Positions 12,901-24,449 of a stretch of DNA of 64,000 nucleotides are shown here, in pieces. The notes beneath the pieces are model-generated. The model worked only from the letters and a program-made list of their open reading frames with translations, did not search any database and was not told the origin of the DNA. How positions within the stretch are numbered: the stretch's first letter is position 1; the number at the start of each line of letters is the position of its first letter. A program made the translations under genes and the position numbers. Source of the stretch: Octopus vulgaris. Taxonomy: Eukaryota. The DNA lies in the NCBI GenBank assembly GCA_951406725.2, contig OX597820.1, forward strand, positions 66,774,001 through 66,838,000, read 5' to 3'.

Positions 12901-13554
12901 ATGTCTGGGAGAAAATATTCAGAATAGATACCAGTGATAACCTTGAGTTCAAACCAGTTGCCTAAACCTTTTATGCATAGAGTTGTTTCTTCACAATAAT
13001 CATACTTATCTAATTTGACATAGCAAACCAGAAGTAATGTTTCTTACTTTGTCTGTCTGGCAATTACATGCAAGAATGCATGCACAGGGAAACTTTATCT
13101 TAGAATTTCTGTGTTATTTATGCACGGCATTTTGTCAAAGATAAAAATCTTGATACAAAGAGGAGTTTTCCGTTTGTAAGCTTTTCAAATCCTCCCGATC
13201 TGTTTACAAGATAATTATGCATAAGAAAGAAGACATGATTATCAAAGCTCACACATCTATGTCTTCCATTTTCCTTTCGTTGAACTAAGACACTTTGAAC
13301 CGATGTTCTTCGTGCAGGAGACAATGGGATATAAAATAAATAAATTATAAAGTAAACTCCATCATTCTTTCTCACTCCTGAGAAACAGTATTAAATGAAA
13401 AGGACAAATTGCGCACAAAAATATGAGTTGCATCAATAATGCAGCTCTGTGACATAGACCTAAATGAAGTGGAACAGCATCTGCTCTGATTTCTTATCAA
13501 GTCCATATCACCTGTAGCCTCTCTTGTTGTGATCACCTCATTATCTCCAGAACA

Positions 13555-13925
13555 AAGGAGCCTGTATGTGATTGCTTGACCTGCAAGAAACAGTTACCAA
13601 ACCACACTCAATTCATGTTCTACTTATTAAAAATGGAAGTACATATTAGATAACAGGCCTTTGACATTCATCCCTACAATGATGAGTGTCACGTTTGGAC
13701 TGTCTTAATTCATAAGTCAGTTCATTTAACATTGATCTACTTGACCTACTAGACACAGCAGATAAATCTCCCTCAATCCACACCCTACCAACTTAGAAAT
13801 GGAAGGAGATATTCTGACAATATAGTCCCTTAATATCTCTTCAAAGATGAGTTGGTCATGGCTGGAGTACCTTACTTCATAGGTCAATTCAAGCAAGATT
13901 GGTCTGGCATTAAACAACAGAAAAA
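13555..13925 (+). mobile_element. Family E interspersed repeat, two tandem diverged copies
   Basis: CTTGACCT(G/A)C.AGA.A.AG..(AAATCTCCCTCAA..CACACCCTACC)...GGTCATGGCTGGA...AAACAACAG; homologous to 27175-27370, 46560-46760 and 59500-59600. Confidence 0.55.
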
Positions 13926-14411
13926 GTTCACAGAATAGACTGGACATCAAGGAGACTACATCACATCTCGATTGCAACTCTGCACTCCATAGACATCATT
14001 TCCACAAGTCAGCAGAATGGGATGATAGGACAGTTGTTTGGAAGTTGGCAAAGTGGCCTGACTGAGTGGACATTGAACTTGTTTTGATGACGGTACTTTT
14101 TGGCACTGGAGATAAACACACATACACACACAAACATACACACACACACAATCACTACTAATTTTGCCATCCAATCATAACAGGTGCTGTGCAGACAAAA
14201 ATCTGGTACCATTTCACTCAATTACATTCTATTAATGTCAACATCTGTCTCTAAAGAACCTTTGAGGTTACATCATCACACTCGCTCTCTTCTTCTCTCT
14301 CTCTCCTTCTCTTACAAACATTTACATATGTGAACATACCCCTACCCAGGTCAGCCCTAATGAAAAAGACCTATGAGACAAAGGTGTCTAAGCCCTATTT
14401 TGGGTTTTATT

Positions 14412-14443
<32 letters not shown>

Positions 14444-15282
14444 GGTGGCGGTCGTCGTCATCGTCAATGTCATTGTTGTTGTATAACTATAGGTCTAGCT
14501 GCTATTTCTTGCATGCTGAGCAACTGCAGTGACGCTTACTTATTGGCTCGTTATGTGTGCAGGAATGTCTGCCTGTGCGTGTTCGAGGGGAGGGGGTGAA
14601 AGACACAGGGAGGACTGGAACATGTTTCTGTATGTCTATATGCACACATACACACACATACACATACATACATACATATATACATACATACATACATACA
14701 TACATACATGTATGTATATATGTGCATGTGTGTGTGTGAGTGCTAAAAAGTATTATGTGAATGCAGTGTATGCCTGTGGCTTTATACACACATATATGCA
14801 TGCATTTATACACAGATTTACACAAACGCATATATGCGTGCGTGCGTTATATACACACATTCATTTAAACATACATATGTAAAAAAGACCAATAACATCT
14901 TTACATATACACATACACACACAACTCTTTTAAAGGTCACCAAAATTCTTCCATGCTTCTACCTGCAATGTAATTTTCTATTACAGTATGGTGAAACCAG
15001 AACTTCACAGCAGACATGTGTCGGTTACTAGCTATTTTCTGATAGTCACAAATTTTCTGCTACATTGAAAATAAAAAGCAAAAATTGCATTTTCATCATC
15101 ATCATCATCATCATCATCACTACTGCTATTATTTTTCTGCCCCATGTTTCTGTTTCTGTTGTTATAGGGGGTGTTGCTATTTTAGATACACTTTTTAGTT
15201 GAAAGAATTATAATGAAATGTAAATGAAATGATATATATATATATATATATATCATCGTGTGTGTGTGTGTGTGTGCGTATC

Positions 15283-15575
15283 AAATAATAATAACGAGCT
15301 TATTGTAATATGGCACTCAGGTGCACAACAACTCTCTAGTCCAAAGGGTAAAAGAGGGGACAGAATGCACAAGTAAGTTAAATAAAGAAAGACTTCAATG
15401 AAAGCCAAAAGTGCATGCATGATGCACAGAATACAAGACTAAAAGGACAGAAAAGCGAACGGCAAAAGAGCCATTAAGAGGAAAGGGTGTGTGGGTGTGC
15501 AAGGAGAGTGTTGGCGAATTTTAGGGATCCTGGAATTTTTCAAGGAAGGATACATTTTCAAGGAAGTCCTGACAA
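15283..15575 (-). mobile_element. Probable LINE 3' UTR fragment
   Basis: Minus strand ends GTGCACCTGAGTGCCATATTACAATAAGCTCG(TTA)n; clade not assignable. Confidence 0.35.
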
Positions 15576-15602
15576 ATGTATGTATGTGTATTATATAATG
15601 TA

Positions 15603-15722
15603 CCTCATCATCGTTGTCGTCGTCATTATCATCGTTTAACATCCGTTTTCCATGCTGGCATGGGTTGGACGATTTGACTGAGGTCTGGAAAGCCATTGGC
15701 TGCACCAGTCTCCAATCTGATC
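15603..15722 (-). mobile_element. Family D RTE 3' end
   Basis: CATCGTTTAACATCCGTTTTCCATGCTGGCATGGGTTGGACG...CCAATCTGATCTGG. Confidence 0.75.
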
Positions 15723-16046
15723 TGGGCAAGTGTCTTCTGTTATAGCCTCAGGCTGACCAAATCCTTGCAAGTGGATTTGATAGACAGAAACTAACAGAAG
15801 CCAATTGTGTATACATATATATACGTGTGTGTGTGTATGTTTGTGTACCTGTGTTTGTCCTCCCACCATCGCTTGACAACCAATGCTGGTGTGTTTATGT
15901 CTCTGTAACTTAGCAGTTCGGCAAAAGGGGCCGATAGAACAAGTACTAGGTTTACAAAGAATATGGCCTAGGGTCGATTTGTTTTATGAAAGTCGGTGCT
16001 CCAGCATGGTCGCAGTCAAATGAATGAAACAAGTAAAAGAATAAAA
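15723..16046 (+). mobile_element. 5'-truncated SINE A joined directly to the D fragment
   Basis: TGGGCAAGTGTCTTCTG...GCTCCAGCATGGTCGCAGTCAAATGAATGAAACAAGTAAAAGAATAAAA. Confidence 0.8.
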
Positions 16047-16089
16047 CAATATATATATATATATGTGTATGTATATATGTATTTATATG

Positions 16090-16252
16090 TGCTGGCTTTC
16101 ACATAGTTTCTATCGGCAAAATTCACTCGCAAGTCATTGGACAACCCGGTGGAGTTGCAGAAGGTACTTTCATTCACATCATGTCACGCAGTGGGACTGA
16201 ACCTGAAACATATGCGGTTAGAAACTGAACTTCTGAACCACACTGCTATGCC
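16090..16252 (-). mobile_element. SINE A head fragment
   Basis: GTCACGCAGTGGGACTGAACCTGAAAC...AACCACACTGCTATGCC. Confidence 0.6.
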
Positions 16253-17384
16253 TTTTACATACATCTAATAAAAACTAAGCAGAGAAATAATCACTCATTG
16301 CTAAATAGATATTGAACAAATTTCTAAATTTTTTTTTTTGTTTTTGTCCTCCTACACACACACACACACACACACACACCAAATCTGATTGGAATGATGA
16401 ATTTTATTTCATTTTATTCTAATTTATTTTTATTATTTTATTACTTTTCTTTTCGTTTATGTGTGTCTGTGTGCATAAATTCCGGTAAATTTAACTGCTA
16501 TTTTGAACTTAGAGTCACAGAAATGGCATTTTTCTTGTCTAGTTCCATCTTTAATGATAATTCTTCGAATCTTATTTCTTCTGAATAATTTGTTTAAAAT
16601 ATGGGAAAAAAAAAATTTTTTTCTTTTTTAAAAGTGGGTGTGGTTGGCAGCAGAGGGCTATTAAAATAATAAATAAAGAATATTACATTTAATTTGAAGA
16701 TTAAATATGGCTTTAAGAAAAATAAAGTCAGTGTGAGAGAGATATGTGTGTGTGTGTGTGTGTGTGTATATATCACTGATGTCATCTTCATTATGATTGT
16801 TATCTTGAAAATGCTGGCATAATAGTTTTGTATTATCATGTCGGGGAGATTGTTGGTTCACTATTGCCCCGCCCTTCCAGCCCCTGTCTTACAGCAGCCC
16901 CCCATGGCTGACTTCTCTGCATTGGTGTGTCTTTGAGACAGAGGAGAAGAGAGAGAGAGAGGGTGAGATGGAAGCAGGTAATGGTTCGGTGATAGAAGGA
17001 AGGTGGGGGACAACTGCAAACAGGCAATCTTATATACTCTCTTTCTCTCTCTCTCTTTCTCTTTCTCTTTTTTGCTTTTGCTCAGAACAGGTTCTCAGCT
17101 TCATCAATTTTATCAATATGTCTCCTACTCTTTCTGCATCTCTCAGAAATTCTTTCTCCTTTCCTCTCTCCGCCTGCATCACCCTCCACTCACCTGCAAT
17201 TATTGTTTCTTCATTTCTTTGTCATCCCTATTATTGCTAAAAGACTCGCACTCCTCCCCCCTCTCTCTCTCTTTCATATTATGCATGTGTGTGTATATAT
17301 ATATATATATATACATACATATAGATATATATATATATCATACATATATGTCTCATAGTCTTGTTTTTTGTTCTATGTTTTCTT

Positions 17385-17436
<52 letters not shown>

Positions 17437-17554
17437 TCTATCACCCTTCCCCTACCTGCTCTTTTTCTCTTACATTCTTTATACTCGCTATGATTACTAA
17501 AATTCTCTCTCTCCTCTTTCTCACACACACTCTCTCTCTATCTATCTATCTATC

Positions 17555-17607
<53 letters not shown>

Positions 17608-17663
17608 AGGTGGTGCTCCAGCATGGCCACAGTCAAATTATTGAAACAAGTAAAAGAATAAAA

Positions 17664-17734
<71 letters not shown>

Positions 17735-17941
17735 TATAAAAGTATTTCGTTTTTGTATTTGGTTAGCAAGATTCTTTATGTGAATTTGTGTGTTGAAGCA
17801 TATTTTATTGTGTCTGGGGAGAGTCATTCTCTTTCATTTGTTGTTGGCTGGTTGCATTCTGCAAGTATGCACGTTACATATGAGTATCCATTGATCCAAC
17901 TATGAGTACATGCAGACAAATGTATGTAATATATATACATA

Positions 17942-18345
17942 TTCTTTTACTTGTTTCAGTCATTTGACTGCAGCCATGCTGGAGCACCACCTTTACTTAA
18001 AAGAATCAACCCCAGGACTTATTCTTTGTAAGCCTGGTACTTATTCTATCAGTGTCTTTTGCCAAACTGCTAATTGACAAGGGACATAAACACACCAGCA
18101 TTGGATGTCAGGCGATGATGGGGGGGGAGGGGCAGGGGCAAACACAGACACAAATAATAAACACACACAAAGATATATATATACATATATATCAGGTTTC
18201 TTTCAGTTTCCGTCTACCAAATCCACTCACAAGGCTTTGGTGGGCCCGAGGCTATAGTAGAAGACACTTGCCCTAGGTGCCATGCACTGGGACTGAACCT
18301 GGAACCATGTGGTTGGGAAGCAAGCTTCTTACCACGCAGCCACTC
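17942..18345 (-). mobile_element. SINE family A copy
   Basis: Full tail-to-head match to other copies. Confidence 0.9.
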
Positions 18346-18684
18346 GTAGCAACAAAAATTTTAGTGAAAAATAATAAGTAAATGAGTGGAAATCAGACCG
18401 GTGGGTGTGTTAAATTAATAAGGCACTAAAAGAGAATGAGTCTCCCCAGACGCAATAGTACATAAAAGTACACAAGTGTGAATCTCTCAAACTCCACTCT
18501 GTGTCCTTCTTTAATACACATGCTGCACATGGAACCACCCTGGGGGCTGAACGTATAATTTATACAGCTACCGATATAATTATGTATTGCATACATTTGT
18601 CTACATGTACTCATACTTGGATCAATGGATACACATATGTACTTCCATACTTGCAGAATGCGAACAGTCAACTAGCAACTGAAG

Positions 18685-18888
18685 ATCCTTTTCTACTCTG
18701 GGCACAAGGCCCGAAATTTTGGAGGGGAAGGGGGGGCAGTCAATTAGATCGACCCCAGTATGCAACTGGTACTTAATTTAACGACCCCCGAAACGATGGA
18801 AGGCAAAGTCGACCTTGGTGGAATTTGAACACAGAGCGTAATGACATGTAATACTGCTAAGCATTTCAGCCGGCATGCTAACATTTCT
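18685..18888 (-). mobile_element. SINE B, tail variant 2
   Basis: TCTACTCTGGGCACAAGGCCCGAAATTTTGG...GACCCCAGTATGCAACTGGTACTTAATTTA...GGCAAAGTCGACCTTGG. Confidence 0.8.
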
Positions 18889-19122
18889 TATTTTTTTATT
18901 GCCCACAAGGGGCTAAACATAGAGGGGACAAACAAAGACAGACAAGGGAGATTAAGTCGATTACATCGACCCCAGTGCGTAACTGGTATTTAATTTATCG
19001 ACCCCGAAAGGATGAAAGGCAAAGTCAACCTCGGCGGAATTTGAACTCAGAATGTAACGGCAGACGAAATACCGCTAAGCATCTCGCCCGGCATGCTAAC
19101 ATTTCTGCCAGCTCGCTGCCTT
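18889..19122 (-). mobile_element. SINE B, tail variant 1, near full length
   Basis: TTTATTGCCCACAAGGGGCTAAAC...GACCCCGAAAGGATGAAAGGCAAAGTCAACCTCGGCGGAATTTGAACTC...TTCTGCCAGCTCGCTGCC. Confidence 0.9.
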
Positions 19123-19229
19123 AAACAACTGAATATTACCAGTATCCAACCCTTCCCAGCAACCTATACATTGAAATACCTAGATTCTAATGAATCCTGC
19201 AACCGAATAGTATATATGTATATATACAT

Positions 19230-19266
<37 letters not shown>

Positions 19267-19519
19267 CATAAGTATTGCATTTCTTAATGTTTTTTGCCTC
19301 TTGTTTCTCAATGTTTTTCTTTGTCGTTGTCGTCATCGTCATCATCTGTCTGCAGTCTCTTTCATCATCCATTGGACCTTTTGTTAAAATATGAATCCCC
19401 TGCCCTCATCCCTCCTTTCATGGTATTCAACAGAAAAACAAGAATCGATTAAACAAAATTCCCCACCAAACAATATATGTGTGTGTGATGTGTGTATGTG
19501 TGTATGTATCTGTGATTCT

Positions 19520-19532
19520 GTCTGTTTGTCTA

Positions 19533-19602
<70 letters not shown>

Positions 19603-19725
19603 CATCTATCTATCTCTCTGCCTCTCTACTTATCTATCCAGCCCTCTCTATTTCTCTGTCTATCTATCTATATATCTAACTATCTGTCTATTCATCTCTC
19701 ACACACACTGTCTCTATCTATCTGT

Positions 19726-19765
<40 letters not shown>

Positions 19766-19792
19766 CTATCTATCTATCCATCTATATCTATC

Positions 19793-19826
<34 letters not shown>
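19520..19826. repeat. (CT)n/(TCTA)n/(TA)n compound microsatellite
   Basis: Pure CT run at 19537-19600. Confidence 0.9.
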
Positions 19827-19827
<1 letters not shown>

Positions 19828-20767
19828 AAACTTACTGGTCTTACACCTCAGTCACCATTATCATCATCATCACTATGACCCCTGCATAACACCACACGTC
19901 CATACCACCACCATCGCCACCATCACAACTAATATTATATTATCCTCAGAAATTCTTCTTCATGATGGCATGTATTTTCTGTGTTAACCCCAAACTACCT
20001 CCAGATACCCCTACTACCCACCCCACAGCCCACACCTGATTTGGTACATAATGTTTTATTTAGACAAGGGCAGAGAGTCTTAATTCAGATTTTATTCGCT
20101 TTCTTCTACAACTTTTGTCTTTCTGTGCAGTTTTTACTTTTTGTTTTCTTTTTTCTTTTATTTATTTATTTATTTGTTTGTCTCACACCCACCCATCTCT
20201 GAATCACTGCCAGCTATCATATTACACACACACACACACACACACACATACACATGTGCTTGTACATACACAATCACACACAGTCACATGCACACACACA
20301 CACACACATTTTCTTGCTCTAAGATGAGGTCTTTGTTTAATTCACTTTTGTACAAGGTTTGTTTTGTTTTTTTTATGCGTGTCATCTATATACACGTGTG
20401 TGTAAGTGTGTGTGTGCATGTGTCTCTGTCTGTCTGTCTCTCTGTCTGGTGTTGTTGTTGTTGTTGTTGTTGTTGCTATTATTAATGCGGAAAATATCTT
20501 GTTTTGCATTAATTGAATTTCTATTTAAACTTTCAAGAAGGTACATGGTGTGTGTGTGTGTGTGTGTGTGTGTCTGTTTGTGTGTATGTGTGCATGTATC
20601 TGCATTTAGGATCTAGGTATACTGTGTGAAGTATATGCATGCGTTTGTCTGTGTTCTTGACTCTGTGTGTACATATAATCATGTATATGTACACACATAT
20701 ACACATGCTACATACACACACGGACGCACACTCACACATTACTGGTCTGAGACCATCACTATCACCA

Positions 20768-20935
20768 GACATGGCCATGTGGTTAAGATGTTTGATTCTC
20801 AGCCATGTGGTTTCAGGTTCAGTCCCACTGCGTAGCACCTTGGGCAAGTGTCTGCTACAATAGCCCCTGACTAGCCATAAAAGCCTTTGTAAGTGGGTTT
20901 AGTTGACAGAAACTGAAGGAGAACCGCAATGTGTG
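20768..20935 (+). mobile_element. SINE A head fragment
   Basis: CATGGCCATGTGGTTAAG...GGTTCAGTCCCACTGCGTAGCACCTTGGGCAAGTGTCT. Confidence 0.7.
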
Positions 20936-21144
20936 TGTGTTACATAAACTAGACCACTTCTTCCAGTCCTCTGGTTTTGGTAAACTTCCATTAAGAAACT
21001 CTCGAGTACTCAACCCTCAGTGCGACTGTGCACCATTTTGCTGAAGAATAATTGTTGGTTGCAAGTGGTGCAACTGCTATACAACAAAATTATTTTTCTG
21101 AATTTTTCAAATTTTAAAGGGAATTAATGGATACCCTATATGTA

Positions 21145-21514
21145 CAGGGTGATTCAAAAGTCTCCATACATAGGAAAAATTTATTTTTTTGAGACAGTTT
21201 ATAAGATCCCCTAGATCTCCTGATCAGGCTCTTCTTGATTTCTATCTTTGGGGACATTTAAAAGGTATGGTGTATCGCAGAAGGATAAAAGACATGAATG
21301 ATTTGAAGGAACGCATCACCAAATCCTTTGCGCACCTATCACCAGATGTGCTATTACGAATTTACAATGAATGGGATAAACGTATTGCTATGTATATTCA
21401 TAACAATGGTAACCCTTTAGAGCCTGTTAAATAAAAAAAAAGCTGTTCTTATAAACCATTTCTTATAAAAAAAGGTAAATTGTTCCTATGTATGGCGAAT
21501 TTTGAATCACCCTG
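21145..21514 (+). mobile_element. Internally deleted Tc1/mariner element with TIRs and transposase C-terminus
   Basis: ~38-bp TIRs CAGGGTGATTCAAAAGTCTCCATACATAGGAAAAATTT / AAATTGTTCCTATGTATGGCGAATTTTGAATCACCCTG; TA on both sides (21143-44, 21515-16); ORF 21189-21434 SPRSPDQALLDFYLWGHLKGMVY...LKERI matches PRSPDLTPLDFFLWGYLK..VY. Confidence 0.92.
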
Positions 21515-21539
21515 TATACTTATATATAGATATAAACTG

Positions 21540-21815
21540 GTACTCCATCACTTATGACGACAAGCTTGCTCATGAGATTAACGTGCAAGTGGTTGAGCAC
21601 TCCACAGACACGTGTACCCTTAATGTAATTCTCAGGGAGATTCAGCGTGACAAGGCTGGCCCTTTGAAATACAGGTACTACTCATTTCTGCCAGCTGATT
21701 GGACTGGAGTAATGAGAAATAAAGTGTCTTGCTCAAGGACACAACGTGCCACTGGGAATCAAACACGCGACCCTGCAATCATGAGCCAAATACCTTAGCC
21801 ACTAAGCCATGTGCG
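21540..21815 (-). mobile_element. SINE family C copy
   Basis: Reverse complement of 48512-48827 (GTGCAAGTGG.TGAGCACTCCACAGACACGTG...AAAGTGTCTTGCTCAAGGACACAAC...CCACTAAGCCATGTGC). Confidence 0.85.
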
Positions 21816-21909
21816 TGTATGTATGTGTGTGTATGTGTGTGTGTGTATATATATATATACCCGTCCAACTCATGCTAGCATGGAAAGCAGACGTTAAACA
21901 ATGATGATG

Positions 21910-21978
<69 letters not shown>

Positions 21979-22519
21979 AGCACTGGTGTCATGTAAAAAG
22001 CATCCAGTACACTCTGTAAAGTGGTTGGCATTAGGAAGGGTATTCAACCACACACACACACATCATCATCCATCATCATCATCATCATGACATATGGCCT
22101 TGTGGTAAGAAGCTCATTTTGAAACCGCATGGTTTTGAGTTCAGTCTCTTTACACAGCACCTTTTGGTGTCTTCCTGTATAGCTTCAGGCTCACACACAC
22201 ACATACGCACACACATAATACACATGAACAACATTCCAAATTTTGTTAACTCCCACCAAAAATTATAAATCTTGATTATTAAATTTGTTATCCTTTCCCC
22301 TTTTATCAAAAAGTTCAGGGTGGAATTTTAGGGGTATCTTTCCATTTGTTTTCTTATTTTCCCTTTGCTCCTTCTCTCCCCTAATTCTTTCAATTATCTT
22401 CAAAAATATTCATTTAAATGTTTTCACAAATGGCAACTATTTCATTCATTTCTTTCTCTTTTGCTTTTGTCTCCATTCAGTCAATCATAAAAGCATTTTC
22501 TGTTTTATCTTGTATCTTT

Positions 22520-22925
22520 TATCTCTTATCTGTTCTAGTTATTTATTTGATTGTGGCCATGCTGGGGCACCACCTTGAAGAATTTTAGTAAATCAAATCA
22601 ACCCCTGTACTTTTTTTTTAAGCCTGGTGCTTATTCCAGCAGTTATCTTAGCCAAACCTTCTAAGTTACAGGAATGGAAACAAACCAACACCAGTTGTCG
22701 GGTGGTGGTTGGAGAACAAACACAGACACACAAACATAGATGTGTATACATATATATACACTACTGGCATCTTTCTGTTTCCATCTACTGAACCCACTGA
22801 CAAGGCTTTGGTCAGCCCAAGGCTATAGTAGAAGATACTTGCCCAAGATGTCACGCAGTGGGACTGAACCCAGAACCATGTGGTTGGGAAGCAAACTTCT
22901 TACCACAAAACTTTATCTGCACCTT
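22520..22925 (-). mobile_element. SINE family A copy, older
   Basis: GATTGTGGCCATGCTGGGGCACC...GCAGTGGGACTGAACCCAGAACCATGTGGTTGGGAAGC. Confidence 0.85.
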
Positions 22926-22960
22926 ATATATATTATATTATATATCACGTTGAACCATTA

Positions 22961-23231
22961 ATCCCTACACATTTTATCTCTCTCCATTTTTTTAATCATA
23001 CTCTCCGTTTTTTTCTTGTTTTTTTCCCTCTTAACCCTTTCTGTTGAAGAGCATAGGCTCGAAACATAAAAAGACTTTTCCATCTTCCTGAGCGTTAAAC
23101 TAATACACCTGCTTGTTGTTCCTACACCTGTCTTCATCTTTTGTTTTCAGTAAATTTAAACTATACATATATGTATTTGTTCCACGTCCTCGCATTGCTG
23201 TGTTTTTTTGTGTTTTCTTGTTAGGATTAAC
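22961..23231 (+). mobile_element. Penelope-like pLTR fragment with degenerate minimal hammerhead motif
   Basis: CCTTT CTGTTGA A GAGC-ATAG-GCTC GAAAC AT A AAAAG (23036-23073) follows the CUGANGA-A-stemII-GAAAC-GUH layout of Penelope minimal type I hammerheads; abuts (TA)n. Confidence 0.5.
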
Positions 23232-23256
23232 TATATATATATATATATATAACATA

Positions 23257-23872
23257 AGGCAATACACCTTGAAACCATGGTCCGTGTGTGGTTTCCGCTT
23301 CATCGGGGAATTACCTCCCTTTGCAGGTTAAAGAACATCGACGTCACCAGATAGGCCCGACACTATCTGGTGACGTCGATGTTCGCCTGGGGCTAAATGC
23401 AACAGTAACACCCCCACCACCCTGCCCTGTCCCTAGCCATATTCAGATGGCTTTAGTCCCTTATGTTATCGAGCAGTTACTGTCTATATCTCTTTTAGAG
23501 ATTTATTATTGCTTTCGAACAGATTTTCGAAATCAGCAAATGTATTTTGCTTGAAAATCTATATATGAATATCCTGCAGAGTGAGAATTCGTCGAGGAAG
23601 CGGAAGCCTACCACACGCCGACGATAGGCAATACACCTTGAAACCATGGTCCGTGTGTGGTTTCCGCTTCATCGGGGAATTACCTCCCTTTGCAGGTTAA
23701 AGGACACCGTGACGGTGTCGGGCCTATCTGGTGACGTCGATGTTCGCCTGGGGCTAAATGCAACAGTAACACCCCCACCACCCTGCCCTGTCCCTAGCCA
23801 TATTCAGATGGCTTTAGTCCCTTATGTTATCGAGCAGTTACTGTCTATATCTCTTTTAGAGATTTATTATTG

Positions 23873-23874
<2 letters not shown>
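23257..23874 (+). repeat. Near-identical direct repeat (23257-23513 and 23626-23874) of a structured ~360-bp unit inserted in (TA)n
   Basis: Copies match except for one internal inversion; CpG-rich; flanked by TA runs on both sides. Confidence 0.9.
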
Positions 23875-23924
<50 letters not shown>

Positions 23925-23979
23925 ATAGATATATATATATATAGATAGATATAGATAGATAGATATATGTATATATTTG

Positions 23980-24121
23980 TTGGTCTTTAAGTTTCTGTCT
24001 AGCAAACCCACTCAGAAGGCTTTGGTCAGCTTAAGGCTATAATAGAAAACAAGGTGCCATGCAGTGAAACTGAACCTGGAACTATGTGGTTGAGAAGAAA
24101 GCTTCTTACCATACAACCACT
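23980..24121 (-). mobile_element. SINE A head fragment
   Basis: AAGGCTTTGGTCAGC...AAGGTGCCATGCAGTGAAACTGAACCTGG. Confidence 0.65.
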
Positions 24122-24297
24122 GACTTTTAGCTTTAAATTTACCATAGAGCTTCAAAAGCCTCTTCATGAATCAATCTTTTTAGTTATCTATTTGTCTTTC
24201 CTCTATTCATCCATCTGTATGCCTTCCTGTCTGTTTCTATTTTTGTCAGTCTGCCTATTTATCTATACGCCTATCTGTCTCTTTGTATCTCTCTCTC

Positions 24298-24355
<58 letters not shown>

Positions 24356-24449
24356 TTGTATAGAGTAGGAAAAAAATTATAGAAATCTTTTTTTCTACCA
24401 GTGACCTAGTATGCATACAAAGTCAATAGACATATTTTTCATATTTATA

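Noticed and set aside
14098-14120. TTTGGCACTGG, resembling the miR-96/182 family seed
   Set aside because: No complementary arm forming a pre-miRNA hairpin; flanked by (CA)n.
23766-23812. Twister-like words TAACAC...TGTCCCTAGCC
   Set aside because: No downstream G-rich strand to form P1 or the pseudoknots; resemblance is superficial.
23288-23948. Two similar 88- and 100-aa ORFs
   Set aside because: Similarity only reflects the DNA duplication; different N-termini, no recognisable motif, and one runs into (TA)n.
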